From positions 5,115 through 69,114 of the forward strand of contig CACZJF010000009.1 of assembly GCA_902781455.1 (NCBI GenBank): 64,000 bases of DNA, read 5' to 3'. Every line of letters begins with the position of its first letter. Within the stretch, counting starts at the first letter, position 1. Under the pieces are notes generated by a model, which saw only the letters and a list, made by a program, of their open reading frames with translations, was not told the DNA's origin and ran no database searches. Shown piece by piece: positions 48,412-57,244 of the stretch. A program made the position numbers and the translations under genes. The stretch comes from an uncultured Lachnospiraceae bacterium. GTDB taxonomy: Bacteria > Bacillota > Clostridia > Lachnospirales > Lachnospiraceae.

Positions 48412-49728
48412 TCACTTCTGCACGCAGGTATATCTGTTTCCTTCATTCCTGGTCACTTCTTCCACGCGGGTACGTATGCTTCCATCCCGCATATGGATCC
48501 TGAGGGCATCCCCCATCTTTACCGCATCCACGGAGCATACGGCCTGGTGATGTTCATCTTCGATATAAGCATAGCCTGCGTTAAGCTTTGCCCTGGGAGA
48601 CAATGCCTCAAGCCTGCCAGCGGCAAGTTCGAGTCTGTGCTTTGCCTGTCTCAGATGATCCTCCATCTGTCTGTCCAGAAGATCCTGATACCGGGCTGCG
48701 AGAACCATGACATCCTTCACTCTGACTGCCATGGCATGATCCATACGTTCTGAAGCACTGAGCAGAAACTGCTCCGCTCTCTGCAGCCTTCCCTCCGGTC
48801 CTCTGAGTCTGAGCAGCAGGCCATACTGTCTGGCAATCTGACGTACCCTCGTCAGGCTTTGTTCCATCAGCCGGTCCATTCTCCCGGCCCGCTCCTGCAA
48901 AGCTGTGACAGCGGCGACCATATCCGTCACCGCAAGTTCAGCCGCGGCAGAAGGTGTCGGCGCCCTCAGGTCGGCGACAAAGTCAGCGATTGTGGTATCC
49001 GTCTCATGGCCGACCGCGGAGATCACGGGGGTATTACAGTTCCAGATGGCTCTTGCCACGATCTCTTCATTGAACGCCCACAGGTCCTCGATGGATCCGC
49101 CGCCTCTTCCGACGATGATAACGTCCGCCTCCTGCATGCGGTCAAGCGCTTCGATCGCGCTCACGATGGATTCAGCCGCCTCGCTGCCCTGCACTGTGGC
49201 GGGGCACAGGATAATCCGGATACCCGGATTGCGCCGTTTGGAAACATTGATGATATCCCGTACAGCCGCACCGGTACTCGCCGTCACAACGCCCAGCGTC
49301 TGAACATACTTCGGAATCGGCTTCTTGTACTGCTCATCAAACATTCCCATCTCAAGAAGCTTCTTCCTGAGTGCTTCATACCGCTCATACAGAATGCCGG
49401 TACTGCCTTCCTTCCGGATGGCCTTCGCATAGAGCTGATAGGTACCGCCTTCCTTGTAGACCGCAATCTGGCCGAAGGCAGTCACGCTCTCTCCGTCTTT
49501 GATCCGTTCCTTCAGCTTCTTTGCGTCAGAAGCCCACATGGCACACCTGATCTGGCTGTGCTCGTCCTTCAGGGAGAAGTACAGATGCCCGCTGGAAGCG
49601 TACTTGACATTCGACAGCTCACCCTTCACAAAAATGGCGGATAAGGCAGCGTCATTCTGGAACAGGGAACTGATGTGATGATTCACCTGGGTGACTGTAT
49701 ATACATTTGGCATGTCTGTCAGCGCCAT
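48412..49728 (-). CDS. xseA: Exodeoxyribonuclease VII large subunit
   Basis: GELSN, SGHLYFSLKD, GAAVRD, RGGGSIEDLWAFN, SAVGHETD, APTPSAAAE. Confidence 0.96.
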   Translation of the reverse strand: MALTDMPNVYTVTQVNHHISSLFQNDAALSAIFVKGELSNVKYASSGHLYFSLKDEHSQIRCAMWASDAKKLKERIKDGESVTAFGQIAVYKEGGTYQLYAKAIRKEGSTGILYERYEALRKKLLEMGMFDEQYKKPIPKYVQTLGVVTASTGAAVRDIINVSKRRNPGIRIILCPATVQGSEAAESIVSAIEALDRMQEADVIIVGRGGGSIEDLWAFNEEIVARAIWNCNTPVISAVGHETDTTIADFVADLRAPTPSAAAELAVTDMVAAVTALQERAGRMDRLMEQSLTRVRQIARQYGLLLRLRGPEGRLQRAEQFLLSASERMDHAMAVRVKDVMVLAARYQDLLDRQMEDHLRQAKHRLELAAGRLEALSPRAKLNAGYAYIEDEHHQAVCSVDAVKMGDALRIHMRDGSIRTRVEEVTRNEGNRYTCVQK

Positions 49729-49764
49729 CTGTTCTCGCTCCTGTTCGTCAAGTCTTATGCTGCC

Positions 49765-50244
49765 TCAATCCGTGCTGCCTTGCTGCAGTGCTTCTTCTTT
49801 CTGCGGTGCTTTCTCCTTCTGGATCCTGCCCAGGATTCCGTTCACAAAGGAGTAAGAATCTTCTCCGCCGAACTTCCGGGCAAGCAGCACAGCTTCATTG
49901 ATCGCGACACCGGACGGTATGGTGTCATCATAGAGAAGCTCGTACACACCAAGGCGCAGGATCGACAGATCCGCGCGGTTCATGCGTTCAAGCGTCCACC
50001 CGACCGAAGTCTCTTCGATCAGAGGATCAATCTGCTCCAGACGGGAAAGAACCGCCTGTGTCTTCGCAAGAATCTCTTCCTGTTCCTCTTGTGTCAAAAG
50101 AGCAGGCGGATAGTCCAGCCCGTCTCCCTCCGCATGCGAAAAATACAGCTGCATCTGCTCGGACCTGTCGTCCTCGCTCTCTGCGTAAAACTGCGTGGTG
50201 AACAGCTGCATGAAAACATGCTCTCTTAGTTCTCTTCTGGTCAT
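49765..50244 (-). CDS. nusB: Transcription antitermination factor NusB
   Basis: RRELRE, GWTLERM..ADLSILRL, VAINEAV.LA, FVNGIL. Confidence 0.95.
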   Translation of the reverse strand: MTRRELREHVFMQLFTTQFYAESEDDRSEQMQLYFSHAEGDGLDYPPALLTQEEQEEILAKTQAVLSRLEQIDPLIEETSVGWTLERMNRADLSILRLGVYELLYDDTIPSGVAINEAVLLARKFGGEDSYSFVNGILGRIQKEKAPQKEEALQQGSTD

Positions 50245-50267
50245 AATGGTCTCCGAACCAGCGGCTC

Positions 50268-50666
50268 TTATGAATTGTTTTCCTCTGCCTGTGCCTTATC
50301 CATGACGACGCTGTTCACGCGGACATTGACCTCCGCTACGTTCAGGCCTGTCATTGTCTCGATCGCAGTCGCCACACGGTCCTGGATCTTCTCACTCGTC
50401 TCAGGAATGTTGTATCCGTAGCGGATGTTGACCTTGAGCCAGACATGGACTTCTCCGTCCTCTACGGTAAGGCGGATGCTCTTTCCAAGCCCCTTGATAC
50501 CAAGCTTGCCGATCACTTCTCTCGTCGCATTGCCCGACAGCGATGCAACACCCTTGACATCGGCAGCTGCAAGGCCGGCAATGATCGCGACCACGTCATC
50601 GGCAATCCTCACTTCTCCGATCTCTCCGGCACGGATCGTATTCACATGTGTATTCTCACCAGCCAT
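50268..50666 (-). CDS. Asp23/Gls24 family protein
   Basis: GEVRIADDVVAIIAG.AA, YGYNIPE, IETMTGLNVAEVNVRV. Confidence 0.92.
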   Translation of the reverse strand: MAGENTHVNTIRAGEIGEVRIADDVVAIIAGLAAADVKGVASLSGNATREVIGKLGIKGLGKSIRLTVEDGEVHVWLKVNIRYGYNIPETSEKIQDRVATAIETMTGLNVAEVNVRVNSVVMDKAQAEENNS

Positions 50667-50709
50667 ACTGATCATAACCTCCATTCAGAATTCTGATACT
50701 TCCAGTAAG

Positions 50710-50738
50710 ATTCTATCCTAATTATGCAAAAATGACAA
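50710..50738 (-). promoter_or_regulatory. Sigma-A-like promoter of the asp23-nusB-xseA operon
   Basis: TTGTCA(50738-50733)-17 bp-TAGAAT(50715-50710). Confidence 0.6.
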
Positions 50739-50792
50739 GGCGGGCAAAGCGGCTGCGCGGAAGTCTGCTTTGAAGTCGAAAGATAAATTATA

Positions 50793-50864
50793 CCGCCCGG
50801 GACACAGGGCTCCTTTGCGCTGACCCCCAAAAGTCTTCGCGCAGGAGCCCTGTGTCCCGGGCGG
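50793..50864. repeat. 22-bp perfect inverted repeat with 28-nt spacer
   Basis: CCGCCCGGGACACAGGGCTCCT (50793-50814) / AGGAGCCCTGTGTCCCGGGCGG (50843-50864). Confidence 0.9.
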
Positions 50865-50931
50865 GATTCAACATCTGATCTATCCATACATGTTTTCGTG
50901 CAGGATTCTTGTGCCGCGGGGGGGACCCGTT

Positions 50932-52521
50932 TTACCTTGCGAATTCCTGCAGGATCAGTCCGGGATTGCGCTCTTCCACCATGCCCACAGACCAGCTGTT
51001 GACAAAGAGCAGCAAGGGGCGCATCTTCAGGTCCTGGATCCGCTTCATATCTGAGGTGCCGCGGATGTCTGCCGGATTGATCTCGTCCGGATTCCCGATC
51101 CAGCGTATGTATTCATACGGCAGGTCGTCCATGCGGATCTGTACATTGTATTCATTCTCAAGCCGGTACCGGAGCACGTCGAACTGCAGGACGCCGACAA
51201 CGCCGACAATCGTCTCTTCCATGCTTCCGTTCGGCTCTTCAAAGATCTGGATCGCGCCTTCCTGGGCGATCTGCTGCATGCCCTTGACGAACTGCTTCCG
51301 CTTCATGGTATCCATCGGGCGGATCCGGGCAAAATGCTCCGGCGCGAACGTCGGGATGCCTTCGTACGCGAACTTGTGTTCCGGCATGCAGACTGTGTCG
51401 CCGATGGAGAAGACACCCGGATCAAATACGCCGATGATGTCGCCCGCGTAGGCTTCCGACACGACATGGCGCTGCTCTGCCATCATCTGCTGCGGCTGGC
51501 TCAGGCGCATTTTTCTCGCGCCCTGCACATGGTATACTTCCTTGTCCGCTTCAAACTTGCCGGAACAGATGCGCATGAAAGCGATCCTGTCACGATGCAT
51601 CTTGTTCATGTTCGCCTGGATCTTGAAGACAAATGCTGAGAAGGGTTCCGTAATCGGATCGATCACCCCGGTATCCGCGGTGCGGGCCAGCGGTGTCGAG
51701 GTCATTTCCAGGAAATAGTTCAGGAATGTCTCCACACCGAAATTGGTGAGCGCTGATCCGAAGAAGACCGGTGACAGTTCTCCGGCTGATACCTTCTCCT
51801 GGTCAAACTCCGCGGACGCACCGTCCAGAAGTTCCACCTCGGACAGCAAGGTCTCCATCGCGTCTTCCCCGATAAAGCTGCCCAGTGCCGGATCGTCGAT
51901 CGCGATTTCGGTCGCGATGCCTTCCTTGGTTCCCTTCTGCGTGTCCTGATACGTGATGACATGCTGCTGCCTTCTGTCGTAGACCCCGCGGAATGCCTTG
52001 CCGGAGCCAATCGGCCAGTTCATCGGACAGGTGGCGATGCCCAGTTCCTTCTCGATATCGTCCAGCAGATCGAAGGTGTCATTGGCGTCACGGTCCATCT
52101 TGTTGATGAAGGTGAAGATCGGGATATGGCGCATGACGCAGACCTTGAACAGCTTGCGGGTCTGTGCCTCGACGCCCTTCGACGCATCGATCACCATCAC
52201 GGCGGAATCCGCCGCCATCAGGGTCCGGTACGTATCTTCCGAGAAGTCCTGGTGTCCCGGCGTGTCCAGAATATTGATGCAGCATCCACCGTAATTGAAC
52301 TGAAGCACGGAGCTCGTGACGGAGATTCCTCTTTCCTTCTCGATCTCCATCCAGTCAGAGACCGCATGCCTGGCGGTTGCCTTGCCCTTCACCGATCCGG
52401 CCAGGTTGATGGCGCCTCCGTACAGCAGAAACTTCTCCGTCAGCGTTGTCTTTCCGGCGTCCGGGTGCGATATAATTGCAAATGTCCTTCTCTTCTCGAT
52501 TTCCTGTCTTAGATCTGCCAC
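50932..52521 (-). CDS. prfC: Peptide chain release factor 3
   Basis: RRTFAIISHPDAGKTTLTEK, SDWMEIEKERGISV, DTPGHQDFSEDTYR, FKIQANM. Confidence 0.97.
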   Translation of the reverse strand: MADLRQEIEKRRTFAIISHPDAGKTTLTEKFLLYGGAINLAGSVKGKATARHAVSDWMEIEKERGISVTSSVLQFNYGGCCINILDTPGHQDFSEDTYRTLMAADSAVMVIDASKGVEAQTRKLFKVCVMRHIPIFTFINKMDRDANDTFDLLDDIEKELGIATCPMNWPIGSGKAFRGVYDRRQQHVITYQDTQKGTKEGIATEIAIDDPALGSFIGEDAMETLLSEVELLDGASAEFDQEKVSAGELSPVFFGSALTNFGVETFLNYFLEMTSTPLARTADTGVIDPITEPFSAFVFKIQANMNKMHRDRIAFMRICSGKFEADKEVYHVQGARKMRLSQPQQMMAEQRHVVSEAYAGDIIGVFDPGVFSIGDTVCMPEHKFAYEGIPTFAPEHFARIRPMDTMKRKQFVKGMQQIAQEGAIQIFEEPNGSMEETIVGVVGVLQFDVLRYRLENEYNVQIRMDDLPYEYIRWIGNPDEINPADIRGTSDMKRIQDLKMRPLLLFVNSWSVGMVEERNPGLILQEFAR

Positions 52522-52562
52522 GTAAGATTCTCCTCTGAAAACACCAGTTTTTATCTGACTGA

Positions 52563-52967
52563 TCAGACCACCTGATAGCCTCTGTTTTTGAGTCCGTCTT
52601 CAACTTCCCAGATATCATCGGTGCAGAAAACCATGATCGGCAGTCCTGAATCCCTGTTAAATGAAAGATACACATACTGTACATTGATATTCATGTCCAG
52701 AAGTGTCTTCATCAGTTTGTGCAGATTACCGACCTCATCCTTTACCTCAACACCGATCACATTCTTCACAGAACACTGATAGCCGGCCTTTGCCAGTGAC
52801 TCAGCCGCTGTCTTCGGATCAGAAACCACCATGCGGTTTACACCGTATTCAGCCCCGTCATCTGTCATGGAGCCAAGAATGTTGATGTCATGTTCCAGAA
52901 GAATCCTTGTAATATGCTCCAGGGTTCCTTTTTTATTCTCAGCATAGATATTGAGCTGCTTCAGCAT
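52563..52967 (-). CDS. ACT-domain (amino-acid-binding) protein
   Basis: KQLNIYAENKKGTL..., VKDEVGNL..., tandem ACT architecture. Confidence 0.85.
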   Translation of the reverse strand: MLKQLNIYAENKKGTLEHITRILLEHDINILGSMTDDGAEYGVNRMVVSDPKTAAESLAKAGYQCSVKNVIGVEVKDEVGNLHKLMKTLLDMNINVQYVYLSFNRDSGLPIMVFCTDDIWEVEDGLKNRGYQVV

Positions 52968-53071
52968 CGTGTTACTTCCTTTCTTTTCTTCCGGCGAACG
53001 TCAGTGGCTCCTGCCGCTGCTTCCGGCCGGAAATAACCGCGGGACAATCTGGTCTCCGGGCCTGTCTGCTT

Positions 53072-53992
53072 TCAGTGATTCTCAGCCTGCGTGTCCTCTG
53101 ACAGATAATACTTCTCCAGGCCGTTTTCGGCAACAAACTTTCTGTCTTTCCTGTCAAGTACAGCACGCTCACATAGATCCGGCCGGCGCTGTGCAGTTCT
53201 CAGAAGTGACTGTTCCCGTCTCCAGCGGTCTACCGCTGCATGGTCACCTGAGAGCAGGATCGGGGGAACAGCTTTTTCATGCCATACCTCTGGTCTGGAG
53301 TACTGCGGGTATTCCAGAAGACCGTCACCCATAAAGCTTTCCGTCTGCGCAGAGTCTTCGTTGCTCAGGACACCTTCCACCAGCCGCGCGATCGTGTCCA
53401 TACACACCAGGGCAGGAAGCTCTCCGCCCGTCAGGACATAATCACCGATCGAGATCTCGTCTGTTACGATCTCGTCCAGAACTCTCTGGTCGATTCCCTC
53501 ATAGTGCCCGCACAGAAAGATCAGATCTTCCTCTTCAGCAAGTTCTGCGGCCAGTCCCTGATCGAAGGTTTTTCCCGCCGGAGACATATAGATGACTCTT
53601 GTTTTCTTTTTCGCAGCCCCGGCAGTCCGGCCGTTTTCAGCTGCTTCGTTCGTCCCGGCAACCTGGTCAGTTTCAGCTGTTTCGTTCGTCTCTGCAACCT
53701 GGTCAGTTTCAGCTGTTTCGTTCGTCTCTGCAGTTTGCGTCTGCTGTCTCAGACGGATCTTCTCCAGCACGTCCTGGCAGGCACGCCATACAGGTTCTGC
53801 CTGCATGATCATGCCGGCCCCGCCTCCGTAGGAATAATCGTCGATCCTTCCCTTGCGCTTTTCTTCGGCATAGTCCCGGATGTTTACCGCATCCAGGCTC
53901 AGCAGTCCTTTCCCGGCAGCCCTGCCTGTGATGCTCGTGTAAAAAGCCGCCTCGATCATTTCCGGAAAAAGCGTCAGCACATGATAATTCAA
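53072..53992 (-). CDS. trmD: tRNA (guanine37-N1)-methyltransferase with internal repeat insertion
   Basis: LTLFPEM, YGGGAGM, CGHYEGID, SIGDYVLTGGE, LLEYPQYSRP. Confidence 0.96.
   Translation of the reverse strand: MNYHVLTLFPEMIEAAFYTSITGRAAGKGLLSLDAVNIRDYAEEKRKGRIDDYSYGGGAGMIMQAEPVWRACQDVLEKIRLRQQTQTAETNETAETDQVAETNETAETDQVAGTNEAAENGRTAGAAKKKTRVIYMSPAGKTFDQGLAAELAEEEDLIFLCGHYEGIDQRVLDEIVTDEISIGDYVLTGGELPALVCMDTIARLVEGVLSNEDSAQTESFMGDGLLEYPQYSRPEVWHEKAVPPILLSGDHAAVDRWRREQSLLRTAQRRPDLCERAVLDRKDRKFVAENGLEKYYLSEDTQAENH
53634..53732. repeat. 36-bp in-frame tandem repeat (~2.7 copies) inside trmD
   Basis: GCAACCTGGTCAGTTTCAGCTGTTTCGTTCGTCTCT identical at 53658-53693 and 53694-53729 plus a degenerate partial copy. 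Confidence 0.92.
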
Positions 53993-54016
53993 ATCGTTTA
54001 TCCTCCCGCGTGCCGG

Positions 54017-56026
54017 TCAGCCTTCCAGCGGTTTTCCTCTGCTGTCACATTCGTACCATTCACAGTTACCGCCTCCGGCATCATACTGCAGATGATAGAA
54101 ATGCAGCTCCAGCACATTGCTCCGGGCTCCGTCCACCATGCAGGTCGGCTGGAGCTTTACGATTCCGCTGTAATCATGGTCGACAGGGACAGTCCATTCC
54201 GCGTGCCAGACGCCCTTCTCCGTTTCAACCGCACTGACCCACTCGATGTAATCTTTCCCCTTCTGTGTGCCGTACCCGTACATCTTCATACAGCAGCGGA
54301 ATCCGTCCACCTTATCACTGGACACATTCCGGATCGTGAAGGACAGTTTGTGGTTCTCCTCATCATAAGGATCATAGGTGACATCCGCCGTCAGAGGCTC
54401 CACCCTGGACTGCTGATTCATCCATTCTGATGTCTTCGACAGCTCCTGGTCAATCGCTTCTCTTCCCATCTTTTCTGTCAGGGTATCCTGATCAGAAAAC
54501 AGGTCCGTGCCAAGGCCGAGCCGGCCGCCCTCGATCTCAACTCCCATCGCGGACAGTGTCGTCGGAAAATGATCTACCGTTGCGTATTCACGCCATTCGT
54601 CTCTTTGCGGTGTCTTCGCCGGATTCAGATAAGCAGTGTAAACCTTCCGCACATAATCCTTCGGCGCCTTATCGCAGAACGACGCCATCGTCGGATGGTC
54701 ACCGGACACGACAATGACGGTATCCTCATACCAGTCCTGCTCCCGGCACCAATCCAGAAATGCGCTGACCTGCCTGTCGGAGCAGGCAATCGCGTTCGCG
54801 TAAGAGCTGTCGTAGGTATCCTCGCACAGAGGGCAGATATATCCGTCCGGATAATGCGTATCGACCGTCAGCATCGTCAGGTTGAACGGCTTGTCTGAGG
54901 CCGCGAGTTCCGTCAGCCGCGTTTTCGCGAAGTCAAACAGCTTCCTGTCTTCAAATCCCCAGAACACCTTATAGCCTTTGGGGAGCAATCCGTTCTGCGA
55001 ATAATACAGGTAGTCGTAGAAGCTGTAGTCTCCATGCGTGGAAAAGTACAGCCGTCTTCCCCCGAATGTCGCGTCCGAGCCGATCAGGAGGTCAGATTCA
55101 TAGCCCTCCTTCTGCAGAAGATCGCCGAGCGTCGTGAGATTCGGGAAGAAGGAATCCTGCGTGCTCATGAAGTTGGTATCCACGCCTTCCGTCTCAATCG
55201 GAATCTTCAGCGGCAGTCCGCTTGTCGCCGCAAACATGCCGCCCATCGTCCAGGTGGTATACTTCCAGGATGAAGCCCCGTTCATCACACGAGCGGTATT
55301 CTTGCTGTCTGTCTGCTCCGCGCCCTGGGCTGAGCTGTTCTCCTGACCTGATCCTGCACGGTTTCCCCGGTCAGATCCGCCGAAGTCGATCACGTCCTCT
55401 GACAGCTTTGTCAGATTCGGAATATAGTTTTCGTCAAAGATCCCTCCGGACGCCTTGTCACTGTAGGCAACCTCCATGGATTCCAGATACAGGAAGAGCA
55501 GGTTGCGCTTCTTCTCAGGAAATGTGATCTGTACATCGGAAGGATCCACATAGTTGTCTTCGATCCATGTCGATGTCTCCCGGCGGTTTTTCAGGTATTC
55601 GCCTACCCCCAGCTTCGTCCACATCTGTATGACGCAGGCCGCGCAGAAAACAACCGATATGAGAGCCGCGGCCGGAAGAAGCCATCTGGAAAATGCTTCT
55701 TTTCTTTTTGCGTGATCCCCGCTTTGCGCATTTCCCGCGTCCAGAAAATGCTGAAGGACAATCAGCGCAAACAGGACGCATGCCGCAGGTATCACGGAAA
55801 ACCGAATGATGCTCCAGTAGAATCCGGCATCGGTCCCGTCAACCGGATGGGACAGCGTGAACAGAATCTCGTCCAGATTCAGGCTGGCCTGGCTCATCAC
55901 CCACTGCAGCACTCTGCCGAGAATAAGAGAAATCGTAAGAATCACATACAAAAAGATCCTGGCGAACCTTCTTCCGGTCTTCTTCTCCTTCTTTGTCCCT
56001 TCCATGATCTTATCGTCTTTCTTCAT
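54017..56026 (-). CDS. LTA synthase / MdoB(OpgB)-like phosphoglycerol transferase (sulfatase superfamily)
   Basis: Three N-terminal TM segments, NLLFLYLESME, WTMGGM (Thr nucleophile), WGFED, LTVDTH, SGDH. Confidence 0.85.
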   Translation of the reverse strand: MKKDDKIMEGTKKEKKTGRRFARIFLYVILTISLILGRVLQWVMSQASLNLDEILFTLSHPVDGTDAGFYWSIIRFSVIPAACVLFALIVLQHFLDAGNAQSGDHAKRKEAFSRWLLPAAALISVVFCAACVIQMWTKLGVGEYLKNRRETSTWIEDNYVDPSDVQITFPEKKRNLLFLYLESMEVAYSDKASGGIFDENYIPNLTKLSEDVIDFGGSDRGNRAGSGQENSSAQGAEQTDSKNTARVMNGASSWKYTTWTMGGMFAATSGLPLKIPIETEGVDTNFMSTQDSFFPNLTTLGDLLQKEGYESDLLIGSDATFGGRRLYFSTHGDYSFYDYLYYSQNGLLPKGYKVFWGFEDRKLFDFAKTRLTELAASDKPFNLTMLTVDTHYPDGYICPLCEDTYDSSYANAIACSDRQVSAFLDWCREQDWYEDTVIVVSGDHPTMASFCDKAPKDYVRKVYTAYLNPAKTPQRDEWREYATVDHFPTTLSAMGVEIEGGRLGLGTDLFSDQDTLTEKMGREAIDQELSKTSEWMNQQSRVEPLTADVTYDPYDEENHKLSFTIRNVSSDKVDGFRCCMKMYGYGTQKGKDYIEWVSAVETEKGVWHAEWTVPVDHDYSGIVKLQPTCMVDGARSNVLELHFYHLQYDAGGGNCEWYECDSRGKPLEG

Positions 56027-56067
56027 CTGTGCCTTGTTGATTCAAGTCTTGATTCTTCCAGTCCCTC

Positions 56068-56580
56068 TTATTCCAGTCCCGGAAGCATATGTACGGTCAT
56101 AATTCCTTTCTGAGGGCTGATCTCCAGAATCACTTCCTTCGTTGCCGGAAGAAGCAGCTCCACTTTCGGATCATCCTTCTTCGCTATGATGTATACATCA
56201 TTCGCGCCTGTTTCCATGACATCCTTGACAACACCAAGCTCCCGCCCATCGTCCGTCACGGTCTTCAGTCCGATCACATCACAGATGAAGAATTCATTTT
56301 CCCCAAGCTCAATGGCATCTTCTCTGGAAACGAAGAGATCCTGTCTGACCAGGCGTTCCACATCCTCGATCCGGTCCAGGCCGCGAAACTTCACGATGAC
56401 AAGGTTTTTGAAATAGCGCACTCTCTCCACATGCAGCGTTTCTTTCCCGGATCCCGCCCCTGCATAGACGGTGTCCAGGTCATCGTAGCGCCTGACATCC
56501 TCTGTGGTCGGGTAGACCTTCACCTCTCCTCTGAGCGCGTGTGTCGATATGATGCTGCCGATTTTCAGATACTGTTCCAT
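56068..56580 (-). CDS. rimM: Ribosome maturation factor RimM
   Basis: IGSIISTHALRGEVKV, ETGANDVY, LLLPA. Confidence 0.95.
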   Translation of the reverse strand: MEQYLKIGSIISTHALRGEVKVYPTTEDVRRYDDLDTVYAGAGSGKETLHVERVRYFKNLVIVKFRGLDRIEDVERLVRQDLFVSREDAIELGENEFFICDVIGLKTVTDDGRELGVVKDVMETGANDVYIIAKKDDPKVELLLPATKEVILEISPQKGIMTVHMLPGLE

Positions 56581-56666
56581 ACGTACTGCTTCTCCTTAGC
56601 GCATTGGAAGGCAGACTGGTGAAAGACCCGCCATGCCGTCCATCCGGCATCAGCGGGCCATATGAT

Positions 56667-56897
56667 TCATTCAATGATATCGATGATCACTTTCTTGTCG
56701 TCCCTGGAAGCGGCGGCTTTTACCACGGAACGGAGCGCCTTCGCGATCCTTCCCTGTTTGCCTATGACCTTGCCCATGTCCGAAGGGGCAACCTGCAGTT
56801 CGATCAGGATTGATCTCCCGCTAGCTTTCTCTGTGACTACAACTTCATCAGGGTGTTCGACAAGAGCTTTTGCGATGGTTTCAACTAACTCTCTCAT
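56667..56897 (-). CDS. khpA: KH-domain RNA-binding protein
   Basis: MRELVETIAKALV.HPDEV, DMGKVIGKQGRIAKALR. Confidence 0.93.
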   Translation of the reverse strand: MRELVETIAKALVEHPDEVVVTEKASGRSILIELQVAPSDMGKVIGKQGRIAKALRSVVKAAASRDDKKVIIDIIE

Positions 56898-56911
56898 TCG
56901 ATCTCCCTTTA

Positions 56912-57157
56912 TTATTTTTCGATGCCGGCAATCTTCAAAAGCTTCGCGACAACTGCGGTCGGCTGTGCACCGTTGGCAAGCCACTTCTTCGCTTCTTCCT
57001 CATTGATATTGAAAACACTCGGATCCTGGTTCGGATCATAGGAACCAAGCTCGGCAATGCAGCGTCCATCGCGCGGGGATCTGGAATCCGCAACAACGAT
57101 GCGATAAAACGGTGCCTTCTTCTTACCTGTTCTTCTGAGTCTCATCTTTACAGCCAT
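56912..57157 (-). CDS. rpsP: 30S ribosomal protein S16
   Basis: [40 protein letters not shown]. Confidence 0.97.
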   Translation of the reverse strand: MAVKMRLRRTGKKKAPFYRIVVADSRSPRDGRCIAELGSYDPNQDPSVFNINEEEAKKWLANGAQPTAVVAKLLKIAGIEK

Positions 57158-57244
57158 GAATCTATTCCTCCTGAAATTTAAACTTAAAATATTGATCATA
57201 TGATGAACTGTCCCTGTAAAGGGCAGATTCAACGCAACTTTGTC

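Noticed and set aside
53634-53732. 36-bp repeats as a CRISPR array
   Set aside because: Units are head-to-tail with no spacers, in frame inside trmD, and no cas genes are present
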